Shown one piece after another: positions 40,514 to 50,369 of a stretch of DNA of 64,000 nt (positions are counted from its first letter, which is position 1; each line of letters starts with the position of its first letter). Origin of the DNA: a virus (taxonomy: Duplodnaviria > Heunggongvirae > Uroviricota > Caudoviricetes). Made by a program: the position numbers and the translations under genes. Location of the stretch: the IMG/VR virus record IMGVR_UViG_3300035210_000190. One strand, 5' to 3'. The notes under the pieces were generated by a model. It was given only the letters and a program-made list of their open reading frames with translations. It was not told the DNA's origin and did no database searches.

Positions 40514-41044
40514 ATGTTTAACATATTAAGTGAACTCAAACGCAATCATGAGATTAGAGCAGAATTAAAAGTTGTCTGCAACAGTATTGATTTTTCTGAT
40601 AGCCATAGTCATATGCCTAGCCTTGAATTTCAATATACATTGCATGATAATCTACTGACTATTGAAGGCCCATTTCAAAGTTTCCATTCAGTTGACCCAT
40701 ATGTCATAACCTATCTATCAACTACTGGTTTAGTGACCTTTAATGGTTCTATAATGGATGATGGTTCTTTCAAACATCTTCATAAAACAGTTAAGGAAGT
40801 TTACCGAAAACTTCTGAAACGAGAAAAGCTGATAAAAGATATTCAGACGGCTCGTAATACAATCGGCCCGATTGTTGTTCGTTCAGGTAGTGGAAGCGGT
40901 GGATCTTCCGATTATGATGGAACACGTTCTGGACACTCTGAACGCCGTAGAAACTATGATGTGAACACTGATATTGTTTATGGTTCATCTGACAGTTGTT
41001 CTTCGAGTTCATCGAGCAGAGATCGAGATCGGTGTGACGATTAA
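40514..41044 (+). CDS. hypothetical protein with Ser/Gly-rich tail
   Basis: aggag RBS; SGSGSGGSS and SSDSCSSSSSS tail. Confidence 0.75.
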   Translation: MFNILSELKRNHEIRAELKVVCNSIDFSDSHSHMPSLEFQYTLHDNLLTIEGPFQSFHSVDPYVITYLSTTGLVTFNGSIMDDGSFKHLHKTVKEVYRKLLKREKLIKDIQTARNTIGPIVVRSGSGSGGSSDYDGTRSGHSERRRNYDVNTDIVYGSSDSCSSSSSSRDRDRCDD

Positions 41045-41086
41045 GATAATTTGATTACAAAAAAAAGAGCCTACTGGCTCTTTTTC

Positions 41087-41638
41087 TTATTCGGCATTTA
41101 AGCGATCATCTTCTTCTCTTTCGAGATTATCGTAATAGTATTTGAAATCATCAACAGTTGGCAATTTGTCTAAATCATATTTATTCAACAATGCCACCGC
41201 TCGGTACCCAAGATTTTTTTCTGGTATGTATTGGGCGAAGTCTTTTTCTTCTTTGCTTTCATCTTTATTTTTGCCTTTGTAGACTTTGAATGAGTGGTCA
41301 TCTAAGTCAATCACATACACCCAATCACAAGAATATTCTCCCGCATATTCGATACTTGGATAAAATTTAATCGTTTTGTCCGTATTGTTGATTACGTTTA
41401 AGGCTGTATGGGCTGGTATGACAACTTGAACGCCTTCGTCATGGGGGCTTTCATCTTCGAACTGAACCAGTTGAACCCAATCCAGTTGACGTTTAAATCG
41501 TTCAACATCTACCAGTATTTCTTTAAGATGGTTTAAACAACCAACCCCAGCGGCTTGTGGTTGACCACCCATGCTTCCGTATTGTGAAACCTTATAGTCA
41601 CCATTTAATTTAACACACACCAGATGTCTTGTTCCCAT
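41087..41638 (-). CDS. hypothetical phage-type protein
   Basis: MGTR...QYG..G.P...G, W.YVIDLD motif. Confidence 0.8.
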   Translation of the reverse strand: MGTRHLVCVKLNGDYKVSQYGSMGGQPQAAGVGCLNHLKEILVDVERFKRQLDWVQLVQFEDESPHDEGVQVVIPAHTALNVINNTDKTIKFYPSIEYAGEYSCDWVYVIDLDDHSFKVYKGKNKDESKEEKDFAQYIPEKNLGYRAVALLNKYDLDKLPTVDDFKYYYDNLEREEDDRLNAE

Positions 41639-41769
41639 AACTCACCTCAATAGTCTTTTGGTAGTATATATTATTTTTAAAGATTAATCAATAAAATAAA
41701 AAGCTAGTCATCAACGATTAAATTTGTTATAATCAACTATCATAAATTATCAGTTGAGAGGTTTCTATT

Positions 41770-42084
41770 ATGTCTACTATTACTCTTGGTTCCTTTATTA
41801 AACTGCTGGAATCGGTTGATCAAAAAAAGGTCATTTCTCGCTCTTTGGGCAATTTGCACTCTTTCCGTGGTCATCCTACCCAACTGGCTATCAGTGCTCA
41901 ATCCACTAGCACTGTTCAAGAAATGCTGGCAGAAGCTCGTAATGCTGTTGGTCAAGAATTTACAGGTTACAAGGACGGTGAGTATGTTATGGGCTTGCAT
42001 ACTGAAATCCACTTTGCTTTTTATGGTACCACTGATGAGCATCCTGAGTGGTTTCCAAGCTTCGTTGATGAACTTTTTGCATAA
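41770..42084 (+). CDS. hypothetical phage-type protein
   Basis: HSFRG...LA, GQEFTGYKDGEY. Confidence 0.75.
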   Translation: MSTITLGSFIKLLESVDQKKVISRSLGNLHSFRGHPTQLAISAQSTSTVQEMLAEARNAVGQEFTGYKDGEYVMGLHTEIHFAFYGTTDEHPEWFPSFVDELFA

Positions 42085-42156
42085 TTTCTTGTTTGAAGAC
42101 CTGTGTTGTAATATAATAGCTGTTCAATCACTGCACTATCATTTTTGGAGAAATTC

Positions 42157-42294
42157 ATGAAAAATAAACGCAAACAAGACAAAATGGTTTTTGGCACTGC
42201 AGCAGTTGGCACCACTAAAGCTGTTGGTTCTGTTGATGCTGTATTGGTCATCGAAAATATTGATGCTCATTTGAGTAAACTGATTAAAAAATAA
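42157..42294 (+). CDS. 45-aa small protein (below ORF-track cutoff)
   Basis: ggag RBS, MKNKRKQDKMVFGTAAVG...LIKK*, then a terminator. Confidence 0.55.
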   Translation: MKNKRKQDKMVFGTAAVGTTKAVGSVDAVLVIENIDAHLSKLIKK

Positions 42295-42392
42295 GTTTAT
42301 TTGTTTTGAAAAGCCTCTTCGGGGGCTTTTTTCTTTTCTTTTTCCTGCTGTCATGATATAATTGGCTATCTTTTAGTAAATGAGGTTTTTTC

Positions 42393-43349
42393 ATGTACTA
42401 TCACATTGACAAAATTCGTGGTGTTACTTTAAATCGAATTTCTGCTGATCAAATTGATCGCAGGTGTGCCATCCAAAAATTTATGAACTCCAAAAATCTT
42501 ATTGAAATTGGCATTTTCCGAAAAATGTACACACATGATTCTGCTGTATACATTGATGAAGAAACCTTTATTAAATACCTGAATGAACTTCGCCAGCATT
42601 TTGGTTTGAAAGCAAAACCAGCCATTTACGCAAAATGCCATGTCCCTATTTGTGAAGATTCATTCTCTATTGAAAGTCTTGAACAGTTACGAGAATTTGA
42701 AGACCATGTAAAATATGCGAACATTGAAAAAAATAAACAGCGTTCTGCAAAAATGTCATTGTTAAATCAACCGTTGCCTACGAATTTTGTAAATAAGAAA
42801 CTGATGGCTATTGATTTTGAGTTTATTCCAATGGGTAATGATGTTGAGCCTGTCGAAATGGGGATCACTATTGAGATTAATGGCATGAGAGCCTGTTTCA
42901 ATTATTCTTTTGTCAACACTACAAAAGAAAACTTCAATTTTGGCAAAACTATTAATGTAGATAAATCTTCCATTTTAAGTATTTTTGAAGAACACTTTTC
43001 TGGCGTTGACTATTTAGTTGGTCATAATATTCAGAGTGAATTTAAAGTATTTAAACATCTTGGTCTTGATGAAAGTCTTTTTGACAATGTTAAATTTATC
43101 GACACAGCGAATGTGACGAAAAACGAATTTCATTTTTTGAACAGTGACCATATTAAAAATGAAACTGCGTCGCTTCGCACGTCACTCAGGACATTTTCTA
43201 TTCCGTATACCTATCTTCATGTGGCGGGTAATGACTCAGCTTATACAATGGATGTGCTTAATCACATGGTTGAACATAAATTAAATTTCAATCCAACAAA
43301 ACCTAAACAGAAAATTCAGGTAACAAGCACTTTTAAAAAACAATCGTAG
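42393..43349 (+). CDS. DEDDh-family 3'-5' exonuclease-like protein
   Basis: MAIDFEF (ExoI), LVGHNIQSE, FIDT, HVAGNDS (ExoIII). Confidence 0.8.
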   Translation: MYYHIDKIRGVTLNRISADQIDRRCAIQKFMNSKNLIEIGIFRKMYTHDSAVYIDEETFIKYLNELRQHFGLKAKPAIYAKCHVPICEDSFSIESLEQLREFEDHVKYANIEKNKQRSAKMSLLNQPLPTNFVNKKLMAIDFEFIPMGNDVEPVEMGITIEINGMRACFNYSFVNTTKENFNFGKTINVDKSSILSIFEEHFSGVDYLVGHNIQSEFKVFKHLGLDESLFDNVKFIDTANVTKNEFHFLNSDHIKNETASLRTSLRTFSIPYTYLHVAGNDSAYTMDVLNHMVEHKLNFNPTKPKQKIQVTSTFKKQS

Positions 43350-43427
43350 TCACCTACTTTTGTTTGTGTTCTTTTTTATTTTTTGATACAATGATGGCCT
43401 AAAATCTTTTACATAAGGAAATTTACT

Positions 43428-43968
43428 ATGAAAAAAATTATCGCTGCTTTGATTTCTGGCTTGGCTTGTGCTTCTTTTAACGCTAATGCTTTGGCTGAAA
43501 TTCATTCGCAAAAGGCTAAATAATCATTTGTCTGTTTGGGACGTTGATTCTTATCAACGGCAGTCACTTATAACTGAAAATAATAGAAAACGTGTTAACA
43601 GGGATAAGCAACAATATTATCAATTTCACAATGACCATATACCAGCAAGGGCACCTATTATAGTTTATTTGGAAAAGAGAGAACATCGAAAACTTAGTGA
43701 TATTGAAGCTAAAGATGTAAAAAAAAATGCAACTTCTGTGGCTATATTGGCAGATCGTCATAGAAAGGGTAGAACATATGGTGATTCAAATAAAGATAGC
43801 ATAGCTAAATCAGCAGAAAACCTTAAAGCTTCAATGTATTTTGATTTTATAGAATACTATTTTAATTATGCTAATGATGGGCTTAATGATGATACATTTA
43901 AGCATAAATGGCTTATTTCATTTGCAAAAACTTATTTACGCAATGAAAGTCTTTGTTTATTTATTTAG
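43428..43968 (+). pseudogene. frameshifted secreted polymorphic-toxin-like nuclease
   Basis: Signal peptide ORF 43428..43523 with RBS; the +1 frame encodes DVDSY...HNDHIPARA...NATSVAI...HRKGRTYG. Confidence 0.55.
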
Positions 43969-43979
43969 GAGTTTAAGGT

Positions 43980-44420
43980 ATGAATTTAAATATTTTTTTT
44001 GATGATGATTATTTTAATAAATTAGTTGATTTTATGAGTTTTGAAAAAATAGATAATGATTTCCCATTTTTAGAAATGAGGATAGATCCTGATAATCTTA
44101 TAAATGGTGATTACGACCAAACACCACTGTACACTTTTTTGAAATCTGTTCATTTTTTTTATTACTATGCACAATCCTATTACGGTTATGTACAACTTGA
44201 TGGTAAATATTATATTATTGAAGTTGGTGATGAACTTGACATGTTAATCCTTGGCGACAATGAAATTAACTGGACTAAGCTTTTATTTGATAAAGAATCT
44301 GAATATAATATTTTCAAATCATTTTGTTTAAATAAATATAAGATTAATTACAAAGAACCTGATCATGTAGAATTTAGAAAAATTAGAGAAAAATACATGA
44401 ATTTTTGGGGTTTCTTGTAA
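43980..44420 (+). CDS. putative cognate immunity protein
   Basis: aggag RBS, directly downstream of toxin-like domain; acidic and aromatic-rich. Confidence 0.5.
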   Translation: MNLNIFFDDDYFNKLVDFMSFEKIDNDFPFLEMRIDPDNLINGDYDQTPLYTFLKSVHFFYYYAQSYYGYVQLDGKYYIIEVGDELDMLILGDNEINWTKLLFDKESEYNIFKSFCLNKYKINYKEPDHVEFRKIREKYMNFWGFL

Positions 44421-44536
44421 TAAAAAAGGCTTGCCTCGGATGAGATATCTTGCTATAATCAATCCCGTAAACAAGCAACACCCTAGGCTGAGGCGGTTGG
44501 ATTCGAAAACTACTTAAATCATCTAGGAGAAATTCC

Positions 44537-45190
44537 ATGAAAAAAATTAAAACGTTGTTCGTTATTGACCGTAACACTGACATGGCTTCCGATGTGCTTA
44601 CTGCTGGTGCAGAGTGGGTTATTCGAGGCGAAGGTAAAGCAACCATTAAGTTCGACGGTTCTTCTGCCTACTTTGCTGATGGCAAGTTGTTCAAACGCTT
44701 TGACCGTAAATTGAAGTCTAACTTCTCTAAGATGGCTCGTAGCATGGGTGACAAGTTTGTGCCAGAAGATCACATGTTTAACGAAGTTCCAGAAGGTGCT
44801 ATCCCTTGCGAGGCGGCTCCTGCAGCTCACAGTCTTCACTTCCCTCACTGGGTTCCTATCGGTGACGGCCCAGAAGACAAGTTTCATCGTGAGGCTCTTG
44901 CAAATGCTGGTGAGCTTAAAGATGGTGCGACCTACGAATTGGTTGGCCCAAAGGTAAATGGTAATCCATACAACCTTGACCGCCACGAATTGTGGGCACA
45001 TGGGAGTGTTGAGTTTGAAGTGACCGATTTCACCTTTGAAGGCTTGAAAAAGACCCTTGAAGGCATGGTTCATGAAGAAGGCTTGGTGTTTCATCACCCT
45101 GACGGCCGCATGATTAAGCTTCGCCGGAAAGACTTCGGTTTTGATACATTCGGTAAATTTGACGAACGCAGCAAGAAAAAAATGATGTAA
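44537..45190 (+). CDS. RNA ligase, RLIG1/C12orf29 (DUF5565)-like
   Basis: Nucleotidyltransferase motifs KFDGS, YELVGPKVNGNP, EGLV, KLRRKDF. Confidence 0.8.
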   Translation: MKKIKTLFVIDRNTDMASDVLTAGAEWVIRGEGKATIKFDGSSAYFADGKLFKRFDRKLKSNFSKMARSMGDKFVPEDHMFNEVPEGAIPCEAAPAAHSLHFPHWVPIGDGPEDKFHREALANAGELKDGATYELVGPKVNGNPYNLDRHELWAHGSVEFEVTDFTFEGLKKTLEGMVHEEGLVFHHPDGRMIKLRRKDFGFDTFGKFDERSKKKMM

Positions 45191-45229
45191 TGTTGTAACA
45201 AAGAAGAGGCTTCGGCCTCTTTTTTATTC
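45126..45229 (+). repeat. direct repeat copy 1 (ligase 3' end + terminator)
   Basis: 76 bp identical to 47202-47277, about 104 bp similar. Confidence 0.95.
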
Positions 45230-45246
45230 ACATAAGTTATAATATA

Positions 45247-46458
45247 TTATTTTTTTAATCCCACTAATTTCAAAGTTTTTTCTAAAATATTTTCTTTTTT
45301 ATTATCTTTTTTGTCTTCTGCTTTGTCATTTATTGGTTGGGTTTTATTTGTATCTTTCAATTTCTTAGCTTTCTTATTAAGACTATCTTGAATTATATCC
45401 CCTATTTCTTTATTAGTTAAAAATATTCCATTTTTATTTTTTATTATGTTATTTAATGATCTTATTTTTCCGACTAAATCCATGCCTATTTTATTTCTAT
45501 TATTATCAAAATTATTTTTATTTGATTTGTCATTATCAATAGTATGTTTTACTATAGTTTCTACAAATTGTTTTATATCGAATGTTTGGTCTTCATCAAA
45601 TTTATTAATTCCAACCAATTGTTCAATATTTTTTATAACGTTAATGCAGTAATCTTTAACTTGTGTATCCTTCTTACTTATTTCTGGATATTCGACATCA
45701 AATTGTTCATGATAAAACCAATATATTTCATCTTGGCCTTTTTCATCATATATACCATTATTTTCTATTATATATTGTCCAATAGCTTCACCTATTATTT
45801 GTCTTGTATTTTCATTGTGATTTGGTTTTTCGATCTTCACTGGTATTTGTGCAGTTGCGTTTTGTGCAGTTGCGTTTTGTGCAGTTGCGTTTATTATATT
45901 TTTGTTGGTTTGTTTTTTCTCGTTTATATTTTTTAATACAGTTGTTTTCATTTCTTTGTATTGAGCTACTTTATTTTTAGTTCCATTGTATCTAGATATT
46001 GTTTCTAGACCAACTTTTACATAATCTTCTGCATTTGGAGTCAACATTGAGTCAAAAAAATTCATTGCGTTTTTAATTTTTCTTAATGGTATAGAATTAT
46101 CATTAGTTTCGCTATATATTTTTTTATGTATGTAATATAATGAATTCGTAAAATGAGTCATCAACATATTGGAATCTATTTTTTTTTCTTCCTCAGTTGT
46201 ATAATAATAACTCGTTATTTTATCTGACACTGCTGGGTAGTCAAATCCGGCTCTTTTCATTAAATATGCTATATTGCTATCTATTAGCTTATCATCTATT
46301 ATATAGTCAGCTATTATAAGATTTTTCAATTCGTTTATAACTACAATAGTGTCTTGTTTTGTTTTAAATAGGGTTATTGGCAAAATTGTAATTGACAATA
46401 AGTCTTCAACCGTAGATTTTTCGTCACTTGCATCTGTTAATATTTTTCTTATATCCAT
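45247..46458 (-). CDS. NATAQ-repeat protein, paralog of 48098..49441
   Basis: (NATAQ)3 then PVKIEKP.HNENTRQIIGE conserved domain. Confidence 0.8.
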   Translation of the reverse strand: MDIRKILTDASDEKSTVEDLLSITILPITLFKTKQDTIVVINELKNLIIADYIIDDKLIDSNIAYLMKRAGFDYPAVSDKITSYYYTTEEEKKIDSNMLMTHFTNSLYYIHKKIYSETNDNSIPLRKIKNAMNFFDSMLTPNAEDYVKVGLETISRYNGTKNKVAQYKEMKTTVLKNINEKKQTNKNIINATAQNATAQNATAQIPVKIEKPNHNENTRQIIGEAIGQYIIENNGIYDEKGQDEIYWFYHEQFDVEYPEISKKDTQVKDYCINVIKNIEQLVGINKFDEDQTFDIKQFVETIVKHTIDNDKSNKNNFDNNRNKIGMDLVGKIRSLNNIIKNKNGIFLTNKEIGDIIQDSLNKKAKKLKDTNKTQPINDKAEDKKDNKKENILEKTLKLVGLKK

Positions 46459-46597
46459 TTCTTTACCTTTGTCTTTATATAATACACTAATACCATATAA
46501 TGTTATCATTACAATACAAGAAAACTTCTATTATTTATTGATTTTATTTAGTGTTTTTGTTATAATCACCTTTCATTACATAATTTGGTGTCAAAAA

Positions 46598-47176
46598 ATG
46601 AGTTTGATTTCTTACGAAAATGGTAAATTGCATGAAGCTAAAATTCGAGAGTATCTATATGAAATTGGATGTATAGTTGATAATAACGCCTACTGGCATG
46701 ATATTGATCGTAAATATTTAGATCAAGATGAGATTGATAGTATTCCAAAACGCCTTGATATTTTTCCATTTAATTTCAAGTCTCAAAAATCTCTTAAAAA
46801 AGATTCGTCACAAACACCAATTGATAAAATCGCTGATTTTGCCTCATCTTCCTATATTATAGAAGTTAAATCTATTTCATCAAAAACTAAAAACTTTAAA
46901 CAAGCAACTGAGCAGTTGATTGGATCTATTTTAGTTGAATATAAAAAATATTATCATTATCTAAGTTATGATGATTTTAAAAGAAATAAAGAAGACATTT
47001 TTTATGTTATCAATAGTCCAAATGATGACAAAGTAATTAGATCTATTTATGAACATCTTGAAGATCAAAAAAGTTGGGATTTAATGAAAAATCGTTTTTT
47101 TGTATTTAATTCTTCTCAAGTTTATGATGTTATTTGTGAAAAATCAATTAAACATTTTAAGAAATATGAGAAATAA
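46598..47176 (+). CDS. putative PD-(D/E)XK nuclease
   Basis: G..HE N-terminal helix; IADF....IIEVKS motif; own promoter. Confidence 0.55.
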   Translation: MSLISYENGKLHEAKIREYLYEIGCIVDNNAYWHDIDRKYLDQDEIDSIPKRLDIFPFNFKSQKSLKKDSSQTPIDKIADFASSSYIIEVKSISSKTKNFKQATEQLIGSILVEYKKYYHYLSYDDFKRNKEDIFYVINSPNDDKVIRSIYEHLEDQKSWDLMKNRFFVFNSSQVYDVICEKSIKHFKKYEK

Positions 47177-47201
47177 ATCTTTACATTATCTTTCTATATA
47201 T

Positions 47202-47307
47202 GGAAAGACTTCGGTTTTGATACATTCGGTAAATTTGACGAACGCAGCAAGAAAAAAATGATGTAATGTTGTAACAAGAAAGAGGCTTCGCCCTCTTTTT
47301 TTTATTC
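47202..47307 (+). repeat. direct repeat copy 2 (orphan ligase 3' end + terminator)
   Basis: Duplicate of 45126-45229. Confidence 0.95.
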
Positions 47308-47374
47308 CTATAAAAAGATTGTTTTAATATGGTATTTTTGGTATAATACTTCAAATTATTTAAAGGTGATCATT

Positions 47375-48067
47375 ATGCGTAGCCTTCAAGAACGTGCTGT
47401 TCTGCTTTTAGAAACCATTTTGGGTAAAGAAGAACTTGAAACCATGTTGAGCAATGAGAGTGCAGCCATTCTTCAAGGTGGCTTGTATGTGTTATATCAT
47501 TCTGAAATGCAGAAGTGTGTTCATTTTGGCTATACTGACAATTCGTTAACGAACCGCAATCGTCCACGTTCCATGACACCTAGTAACGCTTTCAAAACGC
47601 CGTTGTCTAACATCGAGAATGATGAAAGCAAATATCTTCGAGTCTATATTGATTGGAAGACCAAAAGTTTTGATAAAAACAATTGGTTTGAAGACCATAA
47701 CGCTATGGCAACTGTCAACCATGATATTTTGAATTCAGTTTGTAAAATGTTTGAAGAAGATTCTGTCTTTGAAGTAAAGTATGATTTCGAAGAATTCGGC
47801 GGCATTGCTACTCGCTTTTATAAATTCGGCTTCCGTCTGCGAGGTGGTCGAGTAAAATTCCAGTTCATTTCAGCCAATATCGACCTTGAAGATGACCCCT
47901 ATTTCTGGACTACATTGTCTGACTTTATTGGTTCTCGTTATGCTGTTTATGTGCCTGCTGACCTGCTTAAAACGGACTATGCCAGCATTATTGATGGCTT
48001 GCCAGAACAAATTGCTTGGTCAGAGTTTGAAGCCCGTTATGTTGACCCACAATATGGTAAAAAATAA
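47375..48067 (+). CDS. hypothetical protein
   Basis: aaggtg RBS, own promoter. Confidence 0.8.
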   Translation: MRSLQERAVLLLETILGKEELETMLSNESAAILQGGLYVLYHSEMQKCVHFGYTDNSLTNRNRPRSMTPSNAFKTPLSNIENDESKYLRVYIDWKTKSFDKNNWFEDHNAMATVNHDILNSVCKMFEEDSVFEVKYDFEEFGGIATRFYKFGFRLRGGRVKFQFISANIDLEDDPYFWTTLSDFIGSRYAVYVPADLLKTDYASIIDGLPEQIAWSEFEARYVDPQYGKK

Positions 48068-48097
48068 AGAGGCGGGAGCCTCTTTATGATTTTTATT

Positions 48098-49441
48098 TTA
48101 TTTAAATCCAACAAAATTTAAAGCTTTTTTTATTCCTTTTTCTAATCTGCTTTCTTTTTTATTTTCGGTTACTATTTCTTCCGGTTTTACATCATTGGTT
48201 TTTGTATTTACTGCCTTGAACTCTTCAGCTTTGTTATCAAGCAAAATTTTAATTATAGATGCTAATTCATTTTTTGTTAAAAAATCACCATTTTTATTTT
48301 CTTGTATTATATTACTTAATGCTTGTAACTTTCCAAACACAGTCGTGCCTATTTTTTTCCTATTTTCATCAAAATAATTTTTGTCTTTTATATTATTATC
48401 TAAGATATGATTAACTACATTTTCTGCAAATTTAGTTAAATTTAACTTTTGTTTCATATCAAAAATTTTATCACCAAAAGATAATGTTGTATTATTTAAA
48501 ATATTTGTACAATAACTCATAACTGTTAATCCAGATGTTTTTATTTCTGGCATTTCTACACTGAATTTGTTAAAAAAATATGCCATAATATCTAGATTAC
48601 TATCCTCAGTATATAAAGCACCTTCCCGTATTATTTGATAAGCAACAAATTCTCCTATGATTTGTCTTGTATTTTCATTATGTGTTGGTTTTTCAATCTT
48701 TACTGGTGTTTGGGCCGTTGCGTTTTGGGCCGTTGCGTTTTGGGCCGTTGCGTTTTGGGCCGTTGCGTTTTGGGCCGTTGCGTTTTGGGCCGTTGCGTTT
48801 TGGGCCGTTGCGTTTTGGGCCGTTGCGTTTTGTGATTTCAATTTATTCTTTTTATTTATCTTGTTATATGCTGATATTAGATATTCTATTTTTTTACCTC
48901 TATCAGTTAGTGTTGAATCTTGCGTACTCATTTTTTTATCATAAGCAATCTCATTTCTCTCTGTAAATCCAGTTTTAATTTTATTATTATTGTCAAAATG
49001 AGTTATCATATTAAATAAATGTTCTTGCATTTTGTCTTTTAATGGTCCAGTTTTAAATATATATTCTTTTATAAATTCAATGGCTACAGTGATGCTGTGT
49101 AATGCTTGATAATTCTTTTGCGAATCACTGTAGCTTTCGTTTATTTTTTCTCCTGACCCATGTTTGTTTATTTTAGATGTTACCTTTAGACCATCTAATT
49201 CATTCCATGAATCAGTTATAATTTTAGATATTTCAACAGTATTTTTATCTTCTATGTTGTTAGCAAGTCTTTCTATTTCATTTTTTATAGCTTGTTTTGT
49301 ATAATATGGGACATACCTAAAGACAGATAATGCAATGTATACAGGGTATTGTGGTTCATTTCTATGAGATGTGCCATTGTTTTTATTTGTTTTACTATTT
49401 GGGTTCGCATCATCTCTTAAAGAATTATAACTATATGTCAT
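48098..49441 (-). CDS. NATAQ-repeat protein
   Basis: (NATAQ)8; C-terminal half homologous to 45247..46458. Confidence 0.8.
   Translation of the reverse strand: MTYSYNSLRDDANPNSKTNKNNGTSHRNEPQYPVYIALSVFRYVPYYTKQAIKNEIERLANNIEDKNTVEISKIITDSWNELDGLKVTSKINKHGSGEKINESYSDSQKNYQALHSITVAIEFIKEYIFKTGPLKDKMQEHLFNMITHFDNNNKIKTGFTERNEIAYDKKMSTQDSTLTDRGKKIEYLISAYNKINKKNKLKSQNATAQNATAQNATAQNATAQNATAQNATAQNATAQNATAQTPVKIEKPTHNENTRQIIGEFVAYQIIREGALYTEDSNLDIMAYFFNKFSVEMPEIKTSGLTVMSYCTNILNNTTLSFGDKIFDMKQKLNLTKFAENVVNHILDNNIKDKNYFDENRKKIGTTVFGKLQALSNIIQENKNGDFLTKNELASIIKILLDNKAEEFKAVNTKTNDVKPEEIVTENKKESRLEKGIKKALNFVGFK
48711..48830. repeat. perfect 15-bp tandem repeat (tgggccgttgcgttt)x8
   Basis: Read directly; related x3 array at ~45847-45891. 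Confidence 0.95.
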
Positions 49442-49609
49442 TTTCAAACTCCATTTTTAATTAAAATTATTATATAAACACTTTTCATAATTTATTCATT
49501 TATAATAAAATGTCAAACATATTGATTATTTTATATTTTTTTTATTTTGATAATTATTGATTAAAAAGTCATTTTATGCTATAATGATTCTACATTCAGG
49601 AGACTCGAA

Positions 49610-50311
49610 ATGACCGAATTTAAACAGTTTGACACATACGATGTAAAACTCTCAGAGATTGCTTCGGGTTCTTTCAAGGTTCCTGCAGAACACCAGCCAG
49701 CCGTGAACAACTTTGTTCAAACCCTGTTAGCTGAAATTTTACTGATGCGTAAGGATGTAACAGTTGAATTCGCTTTCAACTTGAACATGGGCCGACTTTA
49801 CTTTGGTCTTACCAAATCATTTCCTTTCCTTCAAAATGATTTTCATGAATTCATCTATCCGCTGGATGGTAGCAAAACGATTGCAGAAGTCATTGATGAA
49901 ACGATGGAAGATGCTACTTACCACAAAAGCACGCTCCCGCTTGTTGAATTCAAAGACATGTTTGAAAACATCAAGGCGTTTGATGATTTGTTTGAGTTTA
50001 ATGGCGAGTTTTATTCTCACATGAAAAAGTCTTCATTCTCCTACACCAACATGGGTCATAAAGATGTGTTCAATGGTATCGACATTGTTCGTATCTTTGG
50101 TCATACGCCCGGTGTTTCGTTGAAGATGAATGGTATGAAGGTCAATGTGAACAATGGCTACTGGAACTTTGATTTTGATGGTGTCACCATTAATGTCAAC
50201 AAAGAGCAAATCCAGAAAACTAACGGGGCAGACAGCATTAAAAGCTCTGTGCTGGGGTTGTTCAACCTTTCACAAGGCACTGACCACAAAACATTGGACT
50301 TTGCTAAATAA
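49610..50311 (+). CDS. hypothetical protein
   Basis: aggag RBS, own promoter. Confidence 0.8.
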   Translation: MTEFKQFDTYDVKLSEIASGSFKVPAEHQPAVNNFVQTLLAEILLMRKDVTVEFAFNLNMGRLYFGLTKSFPFLQNDFHEFIYPLDGSKTIAEVIDETMEDATYHKSTLPLVEFKDMFENIKAFDDLFEFNGEFYSHMKKSSFSYTNMGHKDVFNGIDIVRIFGHTPGVSLKMNGMKVNVNNGYWNFDFDGVTINVNKEQIQKTNGADSIKSSVLGLFNLSQGTDHKTLDFAK

Positions 50312-50369
50312 TCCACAACGCCACCTTATTTTATGCTATAATCAGTGTTCAATTTAAGAGGATTACACC

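Noticed and set aside
46349-46597. Hydrophobic N-terminal extension of the 46349 ORF
   Set aside because: It overlaps the divergent gene and the promoter region; ATG 46598 follows a TGnTATAAT promoter.
48635-48966. Three + strand repeat ORFs (GRCVL, WAVAF, FGPLR repeats) and 19243..19479 (FSG repeats)
   Set aside because: Artefacts of stop-free tandem repeats; the real frames belong to genes with paralog support.
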